From NCBI RefSeq assembly GCF_018350175.1, contig NC_058368.1, positions 93,622,001 through 93,686,000 of the forward strand: a DNA stretch of 64,000 nt, written 5' to 3'. A program made the translations under genes and the position numbers. The notes under the pieces were generated by a model, which was given only the letters and a program-made list of their open reading frames with translations, was not told the DNA's origin and ran no database searches. This document shows, piece after piece, positions 1-11,169 of this stretch. The stretch is from Felis catus (Eukaryota). The number at the start of each line of letters is the position of its first letter. Within the stretch, counting starts at the first letter, position 1.

Positions 1-937
1 AAAAAATGAAAATCACAGGACACAATAAGAGGGCAGAGAACAAATATGTTAAACATCAGTGCAGCTTCTCTAATATTTGTGAAAAATAAATTATTTGATA
101 CAGATGCAGGTATTTTCAGAGTAAGAAAAACCGAAGACAAATTTTCTAAAAAAAAAAAAAAAATTACACCAAGTGAAAAGCTGCTTGTGCTAGCCAAGAA
201 CTTAGTGTTTCCTGCAAAAACAAGAAACAAAAAACAAAAATGTTTACACACGATCAGGTATGGGCATTACAGGTAAGCGAACTCTTAAAAATATCCTTAA
301 AAATACAATTTGCCGTCTCAAAAGAAAAAAAAGCAGTATTCATTTTCTGGGGAATATACTCTGAGTATTAGTTATGCACTTCAAAATACATAATTTCCCA
401 TTTAAATATACTACCATTTCTCTGGCCTTTATACTAACTATACCTTTGTTTTCTTGTGAAAAACATACACAAGACACAATGCTAAGTACTAATTTCTATC
501 CATAAGGCATCTAAAAAATAGCTTCTCTTAAGACATAAACATGATACCAAATGAAAAACCAAACACAAAAGAAACATAATAATAAATAGTTTTGTATCCC
601 TTCCCCCTCAAAAAAGAAGCATCAGTATCAGCAACACTGACTGACATAAATACATTAGATTTCCTGTTCATAAGAAAAGAAAGACAATCCAGTTACAGTG
701 TTTAACCATTTCAGGGTTAACCAGGAGAGAGCGTCTTTACTCCCGCAGTTTGTGAAAGGCAGGATGAAGACAGGAAAGAGGCAAGACTGTTTAGGTGTTT
801 CCGATTTAAGAAGAAACACACACAACATACAAGTGTGGCCACGGACTACTTAGATGATGTGTAATTAGTTACGAAGGTTAACACAGAGCCGTCGTTTTGC
901 TCCCCTTTTTCACCCTAAGTCACATCACGTGCTTCAA
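1..937 (-). other. TRIM36: TRIM36 3' UTR (partial, continues past window start)
   Basis: Follows the TAG at 938-940; repeat-free and U-rich on the sense strand; I saw no sense-strand AATAAA in 1-937. Confidence 0.8.
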
Positions 938-1289
938 CTACATGTCCTCTTGGTATTCTAGATATTTTGCTGTGATGGGTTCCTCAAGCTGAACTCCTCC
1001 ACTGCCCATTAATGCAAATGCTGGGTACATCGTGTGCGAACAGTCCACCTGGCGCTCGTAAAGGCATTTCATGTGATCCATGTCATAGAAAGCCACTCTG
1101 CCTTTGTCATAGTCAAGGAAAATCCCTATACTTGTTGGCATCGGAAGAACTCTATTCTCAGGTTCATTGGCGGAAGTGGCTGACTTGGGTATGAAAAACT
1201 TCTTCATGCCTATGGTGACTAACGTGAAGGGCTGTGAATCAAAGCAGGCATCTTCACTTCCGCTGTCATGGCCGCTGTCTTGCTCGTAT
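938..1289 (-). CDS. TRIM36: TRIM36 last coding exon 10 (C-terminal SPRY)
   Basis: Acceptor ttgtgttctag|A at 1290-1291, phase 2; YEQDSGHDSGSEDACFDSQPF...IGIFLDYDKGRVAFYD...YPAFAL...EYQEDM*. Confidence 0.96.
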
Positions 1290-3035
1290 CTAGAACACAA
1301 TACACGAACAAAGCAGTCTTAGCTGTGGCGCCATCCACAGGCCATCAACTATCCCCAGAACATTTTCACAAGATAATATATGTTGCTTTATTTATTTTTT
1401 TAAGCTTACATATTTTAAGAGAGAGAGAAAGCACAAGCAGCAGAGGGGCAGACAGAGAGGGAGAGAGAGAATCCCAAGCAGGCTCTGTGCTCAGCGTAGC
1501 GTGGAGCCTGACACAGGGCTCGAACTCATGAACCAAGAGATCATGACCTGAGCCGAAACCAAGTGTCGGACGCTTAACCGACGGAGCCACCCAAATGCCC
1601 CGACATATGTTGCTTTAAAATGAAGTTGTGGCTCAGTGGGTTAAGCCTCCGACTCTTGATTTCAGCTCAGGTCATGATGTCATGGTTCGTGGGACTGAGC
1701 CCTGTGTCAGGCTCTGTGCTGACAGTGAGGAGCTAGCATAAAACAGCAGCTTATAGAGATTTTTGACACAAACGTCCTTCCTTCATTTTCCGATGCATAC
1801 TTCACTTTTCATGTATTTGTGATCATACTATATTGACGCTTTTAATCAGGTCTCACTGATATTTCTGATGTCACAAGCCTTTTAAACATTATTAATATCA
1901 ATATTCTATCGAGTGGTCATGGTACCATGTTTAATTAACCATTTCCCGATTACCACAGTCACTGTTTTGTTAATTTCTCACCCTTGTGCAAAAAACTTTT
2001 CCTGTCACTCAGATTACCAATTTGGGGTTCTGTTCACACAAGAGGTCATAAATTATTTGTGTGGGCTAGTATACATAATACCACGTAAAACGACAAAACC
2101 ACACAATCCCCATTAAATAATCAATCTCTTTACAAACTGGAATTCTTTGATGTGGAAACCTGTTTACCGTGACCCAATTTTGTAAAGTACCTCCAGGAGA
2201 GTTTAAAGAAATTATGTCCCATTACAAAAGAACAATTTCATACCAATTATGAGGTATGGCAGTTGGAAGCATTTCACTATACGTGTGAGTAATTTTTATC
2301 ACAGAATTAAGGAAATGGATATGAAAGATGTTCAAAATTTAAAACTGTGGGGAGCTTGGGTGGCTCAGTCAGTTGAACTTTCGACTCTTGATTTCGGATC
2401 GGTCATGATCTCACAGTCGTGAGACTGAGCCCCGCATCAGGCTCTGTGCTGACACTGTGCAGCCTGCTTGGGATTCTCTCTCTCTCTGTGCCTCATCTCC
2501 CCTCTCCCTCCCCCCACCCCCGCACTGCTCTCTCTCTAGGAGAAAAAAGGTTTAAGAAATTTTTAAATTAAAAAAAATTTTTCATGCTTATTTTTGAGAG
2601 AGAAACAGAGTGTGAGCAGGGGAGGGGCAGAGAGAGAGGGAATCACAGAATCTGAAGCAGGCTCCAGGCTGAGCTGTCAGCACAGAGCCTGAGTTGGGGC
2701 TCGAACCCATAAGCCATGAGATTATAACCTGAGCCAAAGTTGGATGTTTAACCAACTGAGCCACCCAGGTGCCCCTAAAATTTTTTTTTACTTGCAAAGC
2801 TACAGGATAGTCGAGAAGTACCCAAAACAGGCTTAGATACTTGAGATTTGTATCCCAAGTCCTCCTGACTCCTTTCTGGAGCCAGCCACATCCGCACGGC
2901 CAGAACACCTGAATCTAAGGAATGTATTCCAGATGTAATAAGCAAACCCACATCAATTTCCAGTCTTACCTGGCCAAACAACGATGTGTACCTTTAACAG
3001 AATCACCAAGTTCTAGATCAATAAAAAGAGCCTAC

Positions 3036-3333
3036 CTTGGACTAACTGCATCCCGGGGAGAACGGAGCCATTCTTGTAGTTTATCACTGGAAGCGACTCC
3101 CACTTTTACCAGGTATGAATACGGTTCCACGCGGAAGGCCCAGAAGTGCTTCCCCTTGGTAATTCCAACGTCTCCAATGATGTAGTCTAAACTGGTGTAA
3201 TAACCCACTTGGATACGCTCCGCAGCAAGCAGAAGATTAAACCCAGCTCTACTCTCAACACGGTCTCTCTTCAAGTTCAGCAAGAGGCGTTCATTATTAT
3301 AGCCACATTTTTCATCAAAGAGGAAACTAAAAA
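3036..3333 (-). CDS. TRIM36: TRIM36 exon 9 (PRY/SPRY N-terminal part)
   Basis: Acceptor ctctttacag|, donor AG|gtaggc; 298 nt; VFSFLFDEKCGYNNERLLLNLKRD...ITKGKHFWAFRVEPYSYLVKVGV...DAVSPR. Confidence 0.96.
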
Positions 3334-4164
3334 CTGTAAAGAGAGCTTAAGATTAGTCTCATCATTATCGGTGAGCACTTCTATAACTGACGGTTAAATA
3401 GGATCTGTTTTTGAACTAGAAATTAGTGAAAACAGACTTGAAGAGGAATGTGTCACATGACCCCAGACAAAGTTATTACAAACTGAATCCCCAATTGGGA
3501 AATCAGTTCCAGTAGAGTCTCTATGCCTGAAAATCTCTAGGAATGTCAAACGGCAGAAAAAGTATTTCAAGTGTACGAGAAAACTTAACAAACGTGGTTT
3601 CTGGGAAGAGACACGGGATATCTCTTCTATTTTATACTACTGGATCTGTCCCTTTTCCCTTTAATATAAGGGGATGTACTTTTTCATAATTACCTGTACA
3701 GTTTTCTAAATATTTATTCTAAAAATTAGCAATTTCAGTAGGGGCTTTTCCTTATCAATCCACAGGACAGACATGAAAAACTGTACAGTAGTTTAAAAAA
3801 AAAAAAAAAGGCACATGTTTTGGGTTTAGAGAGACCAGAGTTTTAATCCCTGGTGAGGCATTTTTGTTTGGTTTTGAGTGGGGTGGAGGGGCAGAGAGAG
3901 AGGAGGACAGAGGATCTGAAGCGGACTCTGTGTTGACAGTAGAGAGCCCAATGCGGGGTTTGGCTTGAACTCCCGAACTCACAAACTCAGGAACCAAACC
4001 ATGAGATCATGACCCGACCCTTAACCAACTAAGCCACCCAGGCACCCTCCCGCTGAGGCATTTAAATGGAGTTTAACTTAACCTTTGATTTCCTGACTAC
4101 AGAATGGACAGAATACCACTCTCTTAAGTCTCTATCAACTCAGATCCGTTAAGCAGAACATTGG

Positions 4165-4580
4165 CTCAAAAGTGGAAATGACCCAAATGGTCATCAACAG
4201 ATGCACAGATAAAGAAAACGTGGTCTATCCATACAGTGGCATATTATTCACCCTAAACAAGCAAGGAGATTCTGGTACATGCTACATCGAGGATGAAACC
4301 CCAAACAAGCCAGGCACAGGATTATATCCATCCACTTATATGAGGTACAGGCAATTCATAGAGGCAGAACATAGAATCAAGGCTCCCAGGCTCTGTGGGG
4401 AGGGGGGATTTGTGTTTAATGGGCACAGAGTTTCAGTCTGGAAAAAATGAAAATGTTGTAGAAATATGAGTGGTAGTGGTGGCACAAAAATAGGAACGTA
4501 CCTAATGCCACTGTCCACTGATGTGCACACTTAAACGTGGTTAAGACAGTAATTTTTGACCATACTATATACCATGATAA
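4165..4580 (+). mobile_element. LINE-1 (L1M) 3' end fragment
   Basis: Typical motifs catcaacagatg...atccatacagtgg...tttaatgggcacagagtttcagt...cacttaaa. Confidence 0.75.
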
Positions 4581-6154
4581 AGAGGAAATTGTGTACTAGT
4601 AAGCTAAAGCCGTTCTCCATATGTAGGCGGACCATCCTCTCTGGGAATGTCTATCGTCCTGGCCTGGTATCTTCCCGTCAATCTCAAAAAGTCTCCCCGT
4701 TTGCAAAATAAAAATTGTAACGGTCACCCTGGTCACCTTACGCGTGACTGACTCAGTTGGTGGAGCACACAACTCTTTATCTCGGGGTTGTGAGTTCGAG
4801 CCCCCACTGGGTATAGAGATTACTTAAAAATAAAAGCTTAAAAAAAAAAAAGAAAGAAAGAACTTCGAATGTGTCCTTTCTTCCTTCCCCCTCCACCAAG
4901 TCACTGAAAACCCAGCAGCTACTTCCAGGTTTCTTTTTAATTCCATTTTCAGTCAGACAAGAAAAGAAAGGGGAAACTGCCTAAAATGTACAAATATTTA
5001 TTTCATACTTGCAAATCCACCCTAAAACTATCAGATTTTATTCAAATTCAAGATAACCAATTTTCGCCAACCCTACTTTATTTGTATTCTACTTTTTTTT
5101 TAATTAGCCACAATGTGCATGAAAAACAAGTAGTGGCTAGTACACTTTAGACAAAAAGGGAAGGAAGGACAGACTGTACAAAATATGGGCACACAAGCCA
5201 CTAAAAACAGGCAGGGGCTGTGGGGTCTAAAAACCAACTGCAGGAACCTCAAAGGCAGTGAGCAACAGGGCACAATGTGTGCCCACTATACCCAGAATGA
5301 ACCCAGCACTGATTCTCAGCGTCCCTGGTCTGTGGAGACACTGCAGGGAAACTGCTCACCTGCAGATGATTCTTTCTACAAAAATCTATGGGCTCTCTGT
5401 AGGTAGCACCAGTGGTTCCAGACTTGGGAGGTGGGGGGTGGCTGGGCAAGATAAGCTTTTAATATTGAGGGGGGGCAGGAATCACCAAGTTCGAGAGAAC
5501 ATCCAGACACGTCAGAATGAGGTTACTCAAAATATTTCATATTATGCCAATAATTTTTTTAAATCTCCCAAGATCTATGTTATAGAGATTTCTATAAACC
5601 TATCAAAAATACAGAATTATACCATGTAAAAATTGTACGGTAGCATATTTATGCTATTTTTCATTTCAAATTAATAGCCCTCACTCAAATGTCTTCATGT
5701 TTTTCTCCATCTGATGTCAGTCCACATTCTAATCCTGTTCCCAGCCTACATGGTGAAATTCAAGTACTCGTCTACTTCCAAGACCTAGCTGGGGATGGAA
5801 TGGGTTTTCTAGAAAACTTTTTTTTAAACCAATGAAAACTGGTTTCAATGTAGAGCTATATAAAAACAGTGCCTAATTTATTATTTTTTAAAGTCTATTT
5901 TGAGAGACAGAGTATGTAAAAGAGCAGAGGAAGGGCAGAGAGAGAGAGAGGGCGAGAGAGAATCCCAAGCAGGCTCCGCATGGTCAGCACAGAGCCCGAC
6001 TTGGGGCTCGAACTCCTGAACCGTGAGGTTATGACCTGAGCCGAAATCAAGAGCTGGATGCTAAACCGACTGAGCCACCCAGGCGCCCCTAGTTTATTTT
6101 TTATCAAGGTCTCTTCCAACTCTGTGGTTTTTTTATTCCCAGTCTTCCCAATAC

Positions 6155-6445
6155 CTGGAGCTGGAGGGGTGTGAAGAATCAGCTCCCTGCTGCAAGGACT
6201 ACAGATCGAGCCCTTGTAGGCTCTTACTCTGAAAGCATAGTTACAATTGCTTTCCAGATCGGAAATGACTTTACTCGTGCCACACACTTCTATCTCGTTC
6301 CAAGACAGCATCTCTTCATCTCTGTTAACCTTCCGATATTCAAGGACATAGCTGTCAGCTTTGTCCTTTTCTGGATGCTGCCAGTTGATCAGAGCATTGT
6401 TATACACCTTGCTCTGCTCCTCATTGATCTCTGGCACATCTACAC
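6155..6445 (-). CDS. TRIM36: TRIM36 exon 8 (FN3 domain)
   Basis: Acceptor tttcttacag|, donor AG|gtattg; 291 nt; VDVPEINEEQSKVYNNALINW...YAFRVRAYKGSICSPCSRELILHTPPAP. Confidence 0.96.
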
Positions 6446-6799
6446 CTGTAAGAAAGAAGAAACCAAACAGAGTTAAAATACTGTTATTTCAGAACCTATA
6501 TGTTCCTCGATAAAAATCATGCATTGAAAATACTTACATCATTTCATTTTTTTTTTTAATGTTTATTCAGTTTTGAGAAAGAGACAGAGCATGTGTGGGG
6601 GAGGAGCAGAGAGAGAGACACACACCCACAGAATCCGAAGCAGGCTCCAAGCTCTGAGCCATCAGCACAGAGCCCGACATGGGGCCCGAACCCAAGAACC
6701 ATGAGATCATGACCTGAGCCGAAGTCAGAAGCTTAACCAAATGAGCCACCCAGGTGCCCCTTAAATCATTTCTGTACTAAGAGTTTTCTAAATTTGTAA

Positions 6800-7175
6800 C
6801 ACTACGTATAAGAGAAAGAATAACTCCTGTAATGTACAACAACATGGGTGGACCCTGTGGACATGCAAACTGAAATAAACCAGACACAGAAAGGCAAATA
6901 CTGACGCATGATTCCACTTATGTGAGGAATCTAGAAGAGCTGAATTCATAAAATCAAAGCCTGAGATTCTGGCTCCAGGGGCGGGGGAGGGACAAATGGG
7001 TAGTTATTAATCAAGAGGCATAAAGTATCAGTTACCTCAAGTATCAGTTAAGCAAGACGTATAAGCTCTAAAGATCTCAGTACAACACTGTACCCAGAGT
7101 CAGCAACACTGTATTTCCACACTTAGAATTTGTTAGAACAGATCTCAAGGTAAGTGCTCTCACCACAAAATTTAA
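6800..7175 (+). mobile_element. LINE-1 (L1M) 3' end fragment
   Basis: caacatggg...gaaataaaccagacacagaaagg...gattccacttatgtgagg...ctctcaccaca. Confidence 0.7.
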
Positions 7176-7731
7176 AATGAGAAAGAGGGGCACCTAGGTG
7201 GCTCAGTCAGTTGAGCGTCCGACTTTGGCTCAGGTCATGATCTCACGGTTCACGAGTTTGAGCCCTGCGTCTGGCTCTGTGCTGACAGCTCAGAGCCTGG
7301 AGCCTGCTTCTGTGTCTCCCTCTCTCTGCCCCTAACCCACTCGCATTCTGTCTCTGTCTCTCTCAAAAATAAATAAACATTAAAAAAATTTTTTTTAATG
7401 AGAAAGAATAAGCAATGAAGACTTTCAAAGGTATATTTAGGTGTTTAACTAAAAGGGAGAAGAACAAAAAAATAAGACAGACCAAAAAAAGACTTTAGCT
7501 TTAAGCATTATATTAATTCTGAAACACCACAAAGTTTTTTAACAATATGCCTTTCAATTTCCACCTACTAAATAGTAATGCTGGGGCTCAAAATATTTAA
7601 TGTGCCCTCCTGTAATTATATTTTAAAATCAGGGGTGCCTGGGTAGCTCAGTTGGTTGAGTGTCCAACTCTTGATTTTGGCCCAGGGTCGTGGGATCAAG
7701 CCCCACGATCTTAGGCATGCAGCCTGATTAA

Positions 7732-7733
<2 letters not shown>

Positions 7734-7786
<53 letters not shown>

Positions 7787-7793
7787 TGTGTGT
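7734..7793. repeat. (TG)n microsatellite inside a SINE
   Basis: About 30 units with one interruption. Confidence 0.95.
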
Positions 7794-9271
7794 CTCCCTC
7801 CCTCCACCCCCCACCTTTGCCTCTCCCCAACTCACGCTCTCTCTCTCTCTCTCTAAACTAAAACAAAATAAAAATAAATAAATTTTATTAAAAAAAATTT
7901 TTTTAACATTTATTTTTGAGAGACAGAGGGACAGAGTGCAAGCTGGGGAGGAGCAGAGAGAGAGGGAGATACAGAAGCAGGCTCCAGGCTCTGAGCTGTC
8001 AGCATGGAGCCTGATGCAAGACTCGAACGCACAAACTGTGAGATCATGACCTGAGCCAAAGTCAGATGCTTAACTGACTGAGTCACCTAGGCGCCCAAAA
8101 TAAATAAATTTTAAAATCTAAGTTTGGTGACTATAACAAAATTCAATGAAACATCACACAATTTTCTTTCATATTTTCCTCCACAGAGTTGCAAGGCAAT
8201 TTAAATGAATTTTTCTTGGTATAAACATGATACTAAAATTTCTTTTTTTTTAATTAAAAAGAATTTTTTTTAATTTTTATCTATTTTTGAGAGAGAGAGA
8301 GACACAGAAGCGGAAGTGGGGCAGAGAGAGAGGGAGACACAGAATCCAAAGCAGGCTCCAGGCTCTGAGCCATCAGTACAGAGCCCCATGCGGGGCTGGA
8401 ACTCACAAATGGTAAGGTCAGACCTGAGCCGAAGTAAGACGCTTAACCGATTGAGCCACCCAGGTGCCCCAATACATAATATTTTCTGTAAGAACATCAG
8501 AAACTACACAAAACACACTTCAAGCAACTCCAAGATAAGCACTACAACAATTTTTTATAGATCCTGCCAGTATTTTTCTCCCACTGGCAATTCCACTGCA
8601 TGGTCATGTCAACATTTAACTGTTTTCAGAAACTCAGAAACAGGTTTCTAGTTTTTCATGAAAAACACAACACAAAAGTATCTCAGCTAAATCTCTGTGC
8701 ATATGCATAATCCTTTCCATAGAAGGAACTCCCACAAGCTTAACTGCCCAGGGGTAAGCTATACAAGTCACACACACATACCACACATTCGTCAGAGAAG
8801 TATATGAATTGAAAATAAAAGTCTCCCTCTTGTCCTTCTCCCCAGGTATATATAAGCAATGTATAAGCATGTCTTTATAGAGTACATTTATGCAACTGTT
8901 ATGTTCTACAGCCATGATGAGATCTGGAAAGTCATTCAAAATACATTTGGGGGAGAAAAAAAAAGCTAGTTATAAAATAACATGACTAGTATACTCCACC
9001 CCCCCACACACACACCCTTTTCTTTTTTTAAAGCAAAACAGGTGCATGCAGAGGCGCCTGGGGGGCTCAGTCAGTCGAGCATCCAAATTTGGCTCAGGTC
9101 ATGATCTCACGGTTTGTGGGTTCGAGCCCTGTGTTGGGCTCTGTGCTGACAGCTCAGAGCCGGGAGCCTGCTTCAGATTCTGTGTCTCCCTCTCTTTCTG
9201 CCCCTGCCCTGTTCATGCTCTGTCTCTCTGTCTCAAAAATTGACGTTAAAAATTTAAAAAAGAAGAAGAAG

Positions 9272-9390
9272 AAACCAACTCTGTCAACACCTTGATCTTA
9301 GCCTCCAGAATTGTAAGAAAATACATTTCTGTTGTTTAAGGCATGCAGTCTATGGTATATTGTCTCAGCAGTCCTAACAAACTAACATAG
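9272..9390 (+). mobile_element. MaLR (MLT1-like) LTR 3' fragment
   Basis: acaccttgatctt...gcctccagaattgtaagaaaatacatttctgttgtttaag...tatggtat...gcagtcctaacaaactaa. Confidence 0.7.
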
Positions 9391-9959
9391 CAAAGTAAAG
9401 ATGAAAACATCTTAGAGTCAGTTGTAGCCTGGAGACATCATTTCTAGGTTTCTGCCCTAGAGAAACTCACACACATGTGCACAAAGAACACTGATGAAGA
9501 TGTTCAATACGGCACTGTTTACAACAGAGAAAAAACAAAAACAAATTGTCGCTCAGTAGGGAAATGACTTATAAAATGAAATACTGTAAGCAGTTAAAAT
9601 AGCTTTTTTTAATGTTTATTTATTTTGAGAGACAGAATGAGCAGGGGAGTTCATTTATTTTGAGACACAGAGAGTGAGCAGGGGAGAGGCAGAGAGAGAG
9701 AGAGGGAGATAGAGAATGTCAAGCAGCTTCTATACTACCAGTACAGAGCCCGACATGGGGCTTGAACTCACGAACCATGAGATCATGACCTGAACCCATA
9801 TCAAGAGTCAGATGCTTAACCGACTGAGCCATCAAGGCAGCCCTAAAAAATAGCTTTAAACCAGAACTTTGTGTGATAATATCAAACTTCACGTGTTTAA
9901 AAAAGCAATTTACAAAAAGGATACATATACAATGTAATGCCATTTATACAATGTTTAAT

Positions 9960-10186
9960 TCTTTTTTAATGTTTCTTCATTTTTGAGTGAGAGAGAGCGA
10001 GAGAGAGAGAGAAAGAACACCTGAGCAGGGGAGAAGCAGAGAGAGAGGGAGACACAGAATTCCAAGCAGGCTCTAAGCTCTGAACTGTTAGCACAGAGCC
10101 CAATGTGGGGCTTGAACTCAGGAACGGTGAGATCATGACCTGAGTCAAAGTTGGATGCTTAACCAACTGAGCCACCCAGGCGCCCC
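9960..10186 (-). mobile_element. Can-SINE
   Basis: Full-length reverse copy ending gagccacccaggcgcccc. Confidence 0.9.
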
Positions 10187-10219
10187 TATTTCTACAATGT
10201 TTAAAAAACACATGAACCA

Positions 10220-10452
10220 GAGCACCTGGGTGGCTCAGTCGGTTGAGCATCCGACTTCAGCTCAGGTCATGATCTCACGGTTGGTGGGTTTGAGCCCCAC
10301 ACGAGGCTCGCTGCTGTCAGGGTGGAGCCTGTTTCAGATCCTCTGTCCCCCTCTCTCTCTGCCCCTCTCCTGCTCACGCTCTCTCTCTCTCAAAAATGGA
10401 TAAACTTCAAAAAAAAAATCTTTAAAAATAAATAAATAAAATAAAAAATAAA
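10220..10452 (+). mobile_element. Can-SINE
   Basis: Forward copy with A-rich tail, head-to-head with the previous copy. Confidence 0.9.
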
Positions 10453-10582
10453 ACACACAAACAGAATATACTTTTTGTGCATAAAAACCTAGTTTTCATA
10501 ATGGCAAACCGAAGCATTTATTGTTCCCATACCTTCTGAATTCCGACTACAAGAGTAAGGCTCTGTCATCAGTAAAACTTAC

Positions 10583-10707
10583 CACTAGAGAAGAAGGACA
10601 ATTCCCCAAGAAGTTCTGTTTGTTTAGATGTATTAACAACATAGTCTTCAAAAGAAGTCTGAGCCGCAGGTCTAAAGCTCTTCAAAGATTCTGTAGCCTT
10701 CTGTATT
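10583..10707 (-). CDS. TRIM36: TRIM36 exon 7 (COS box C-terminal part)
   Basis: Acceptor tctgtctgcag|, donor G|gtaagt; 125 nt; IQKATESLKSFRPAAQTSFEDYVVNTSKQTELLGELSFFSS; read by hand, not in the ORF track. Confidence 0.95.
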
Positions 10708-10915
10708 CTGCAGACAGAGATTATTTTATATAAAAATGATTTTTTAAAAGGCCAATCAGACTACATATCTGCCATGTGATTAAAAAAAAAAAATACTTCT
10801 GTCAACTTTCAGGTGAGGAGTGTGGTTGTGCCTTGCACAGAACACAGCACCAGGAGCCACTCGGAGCTCAAGTTGAAAGATACCGCCAAGGAGATCTAAA
10901 TTCAAAGCAACACAC

Positions 10916-11169
10916 CTGAGGTGGAGTTGTTTCGCCGTCTGTACAAAACAAGACTGGTCCGTCTCCTTAAGCACTTCTTGGGCATATCCCACAAGCCCGT
11001 TGTTCTCTAGAAGCCCCTGATACTCCTCCACTTGGGTCTGAAATTTGTCTAATCGCAGTTTCTTAGAAGTGTCAATTGCTTTCAAAACAGATGATTTCCT
11101 CTCTTCTAGAATCTCATAGAGCTTTTCAAAATGTGTGATTGCTTCTTCTTTAGCTCTCTCTCCATTACA
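10916..11169 (-). CDS. TRIM36: TRIM36 exon 6 (coiled coil and start of COS box)
   Basis: Acceptor ttttataatag|, donor AG|gtgtgt; 254 nt; CNGERAKEEAITHFEKLYEILEERKSSVLKAIDTSKKLRL...LKETDQSCFVQTAKQLHLR. Confidence 0.95.

Noticed and set aside
4742..4850. tRNA-like sequence with A and B boxes (also near 17544, 19476, 57351 and 61596)
   Set aside because: Short tRNA-derived SINE variants with an A-rich tail and no intact acceptor stem; not tRNA genes.
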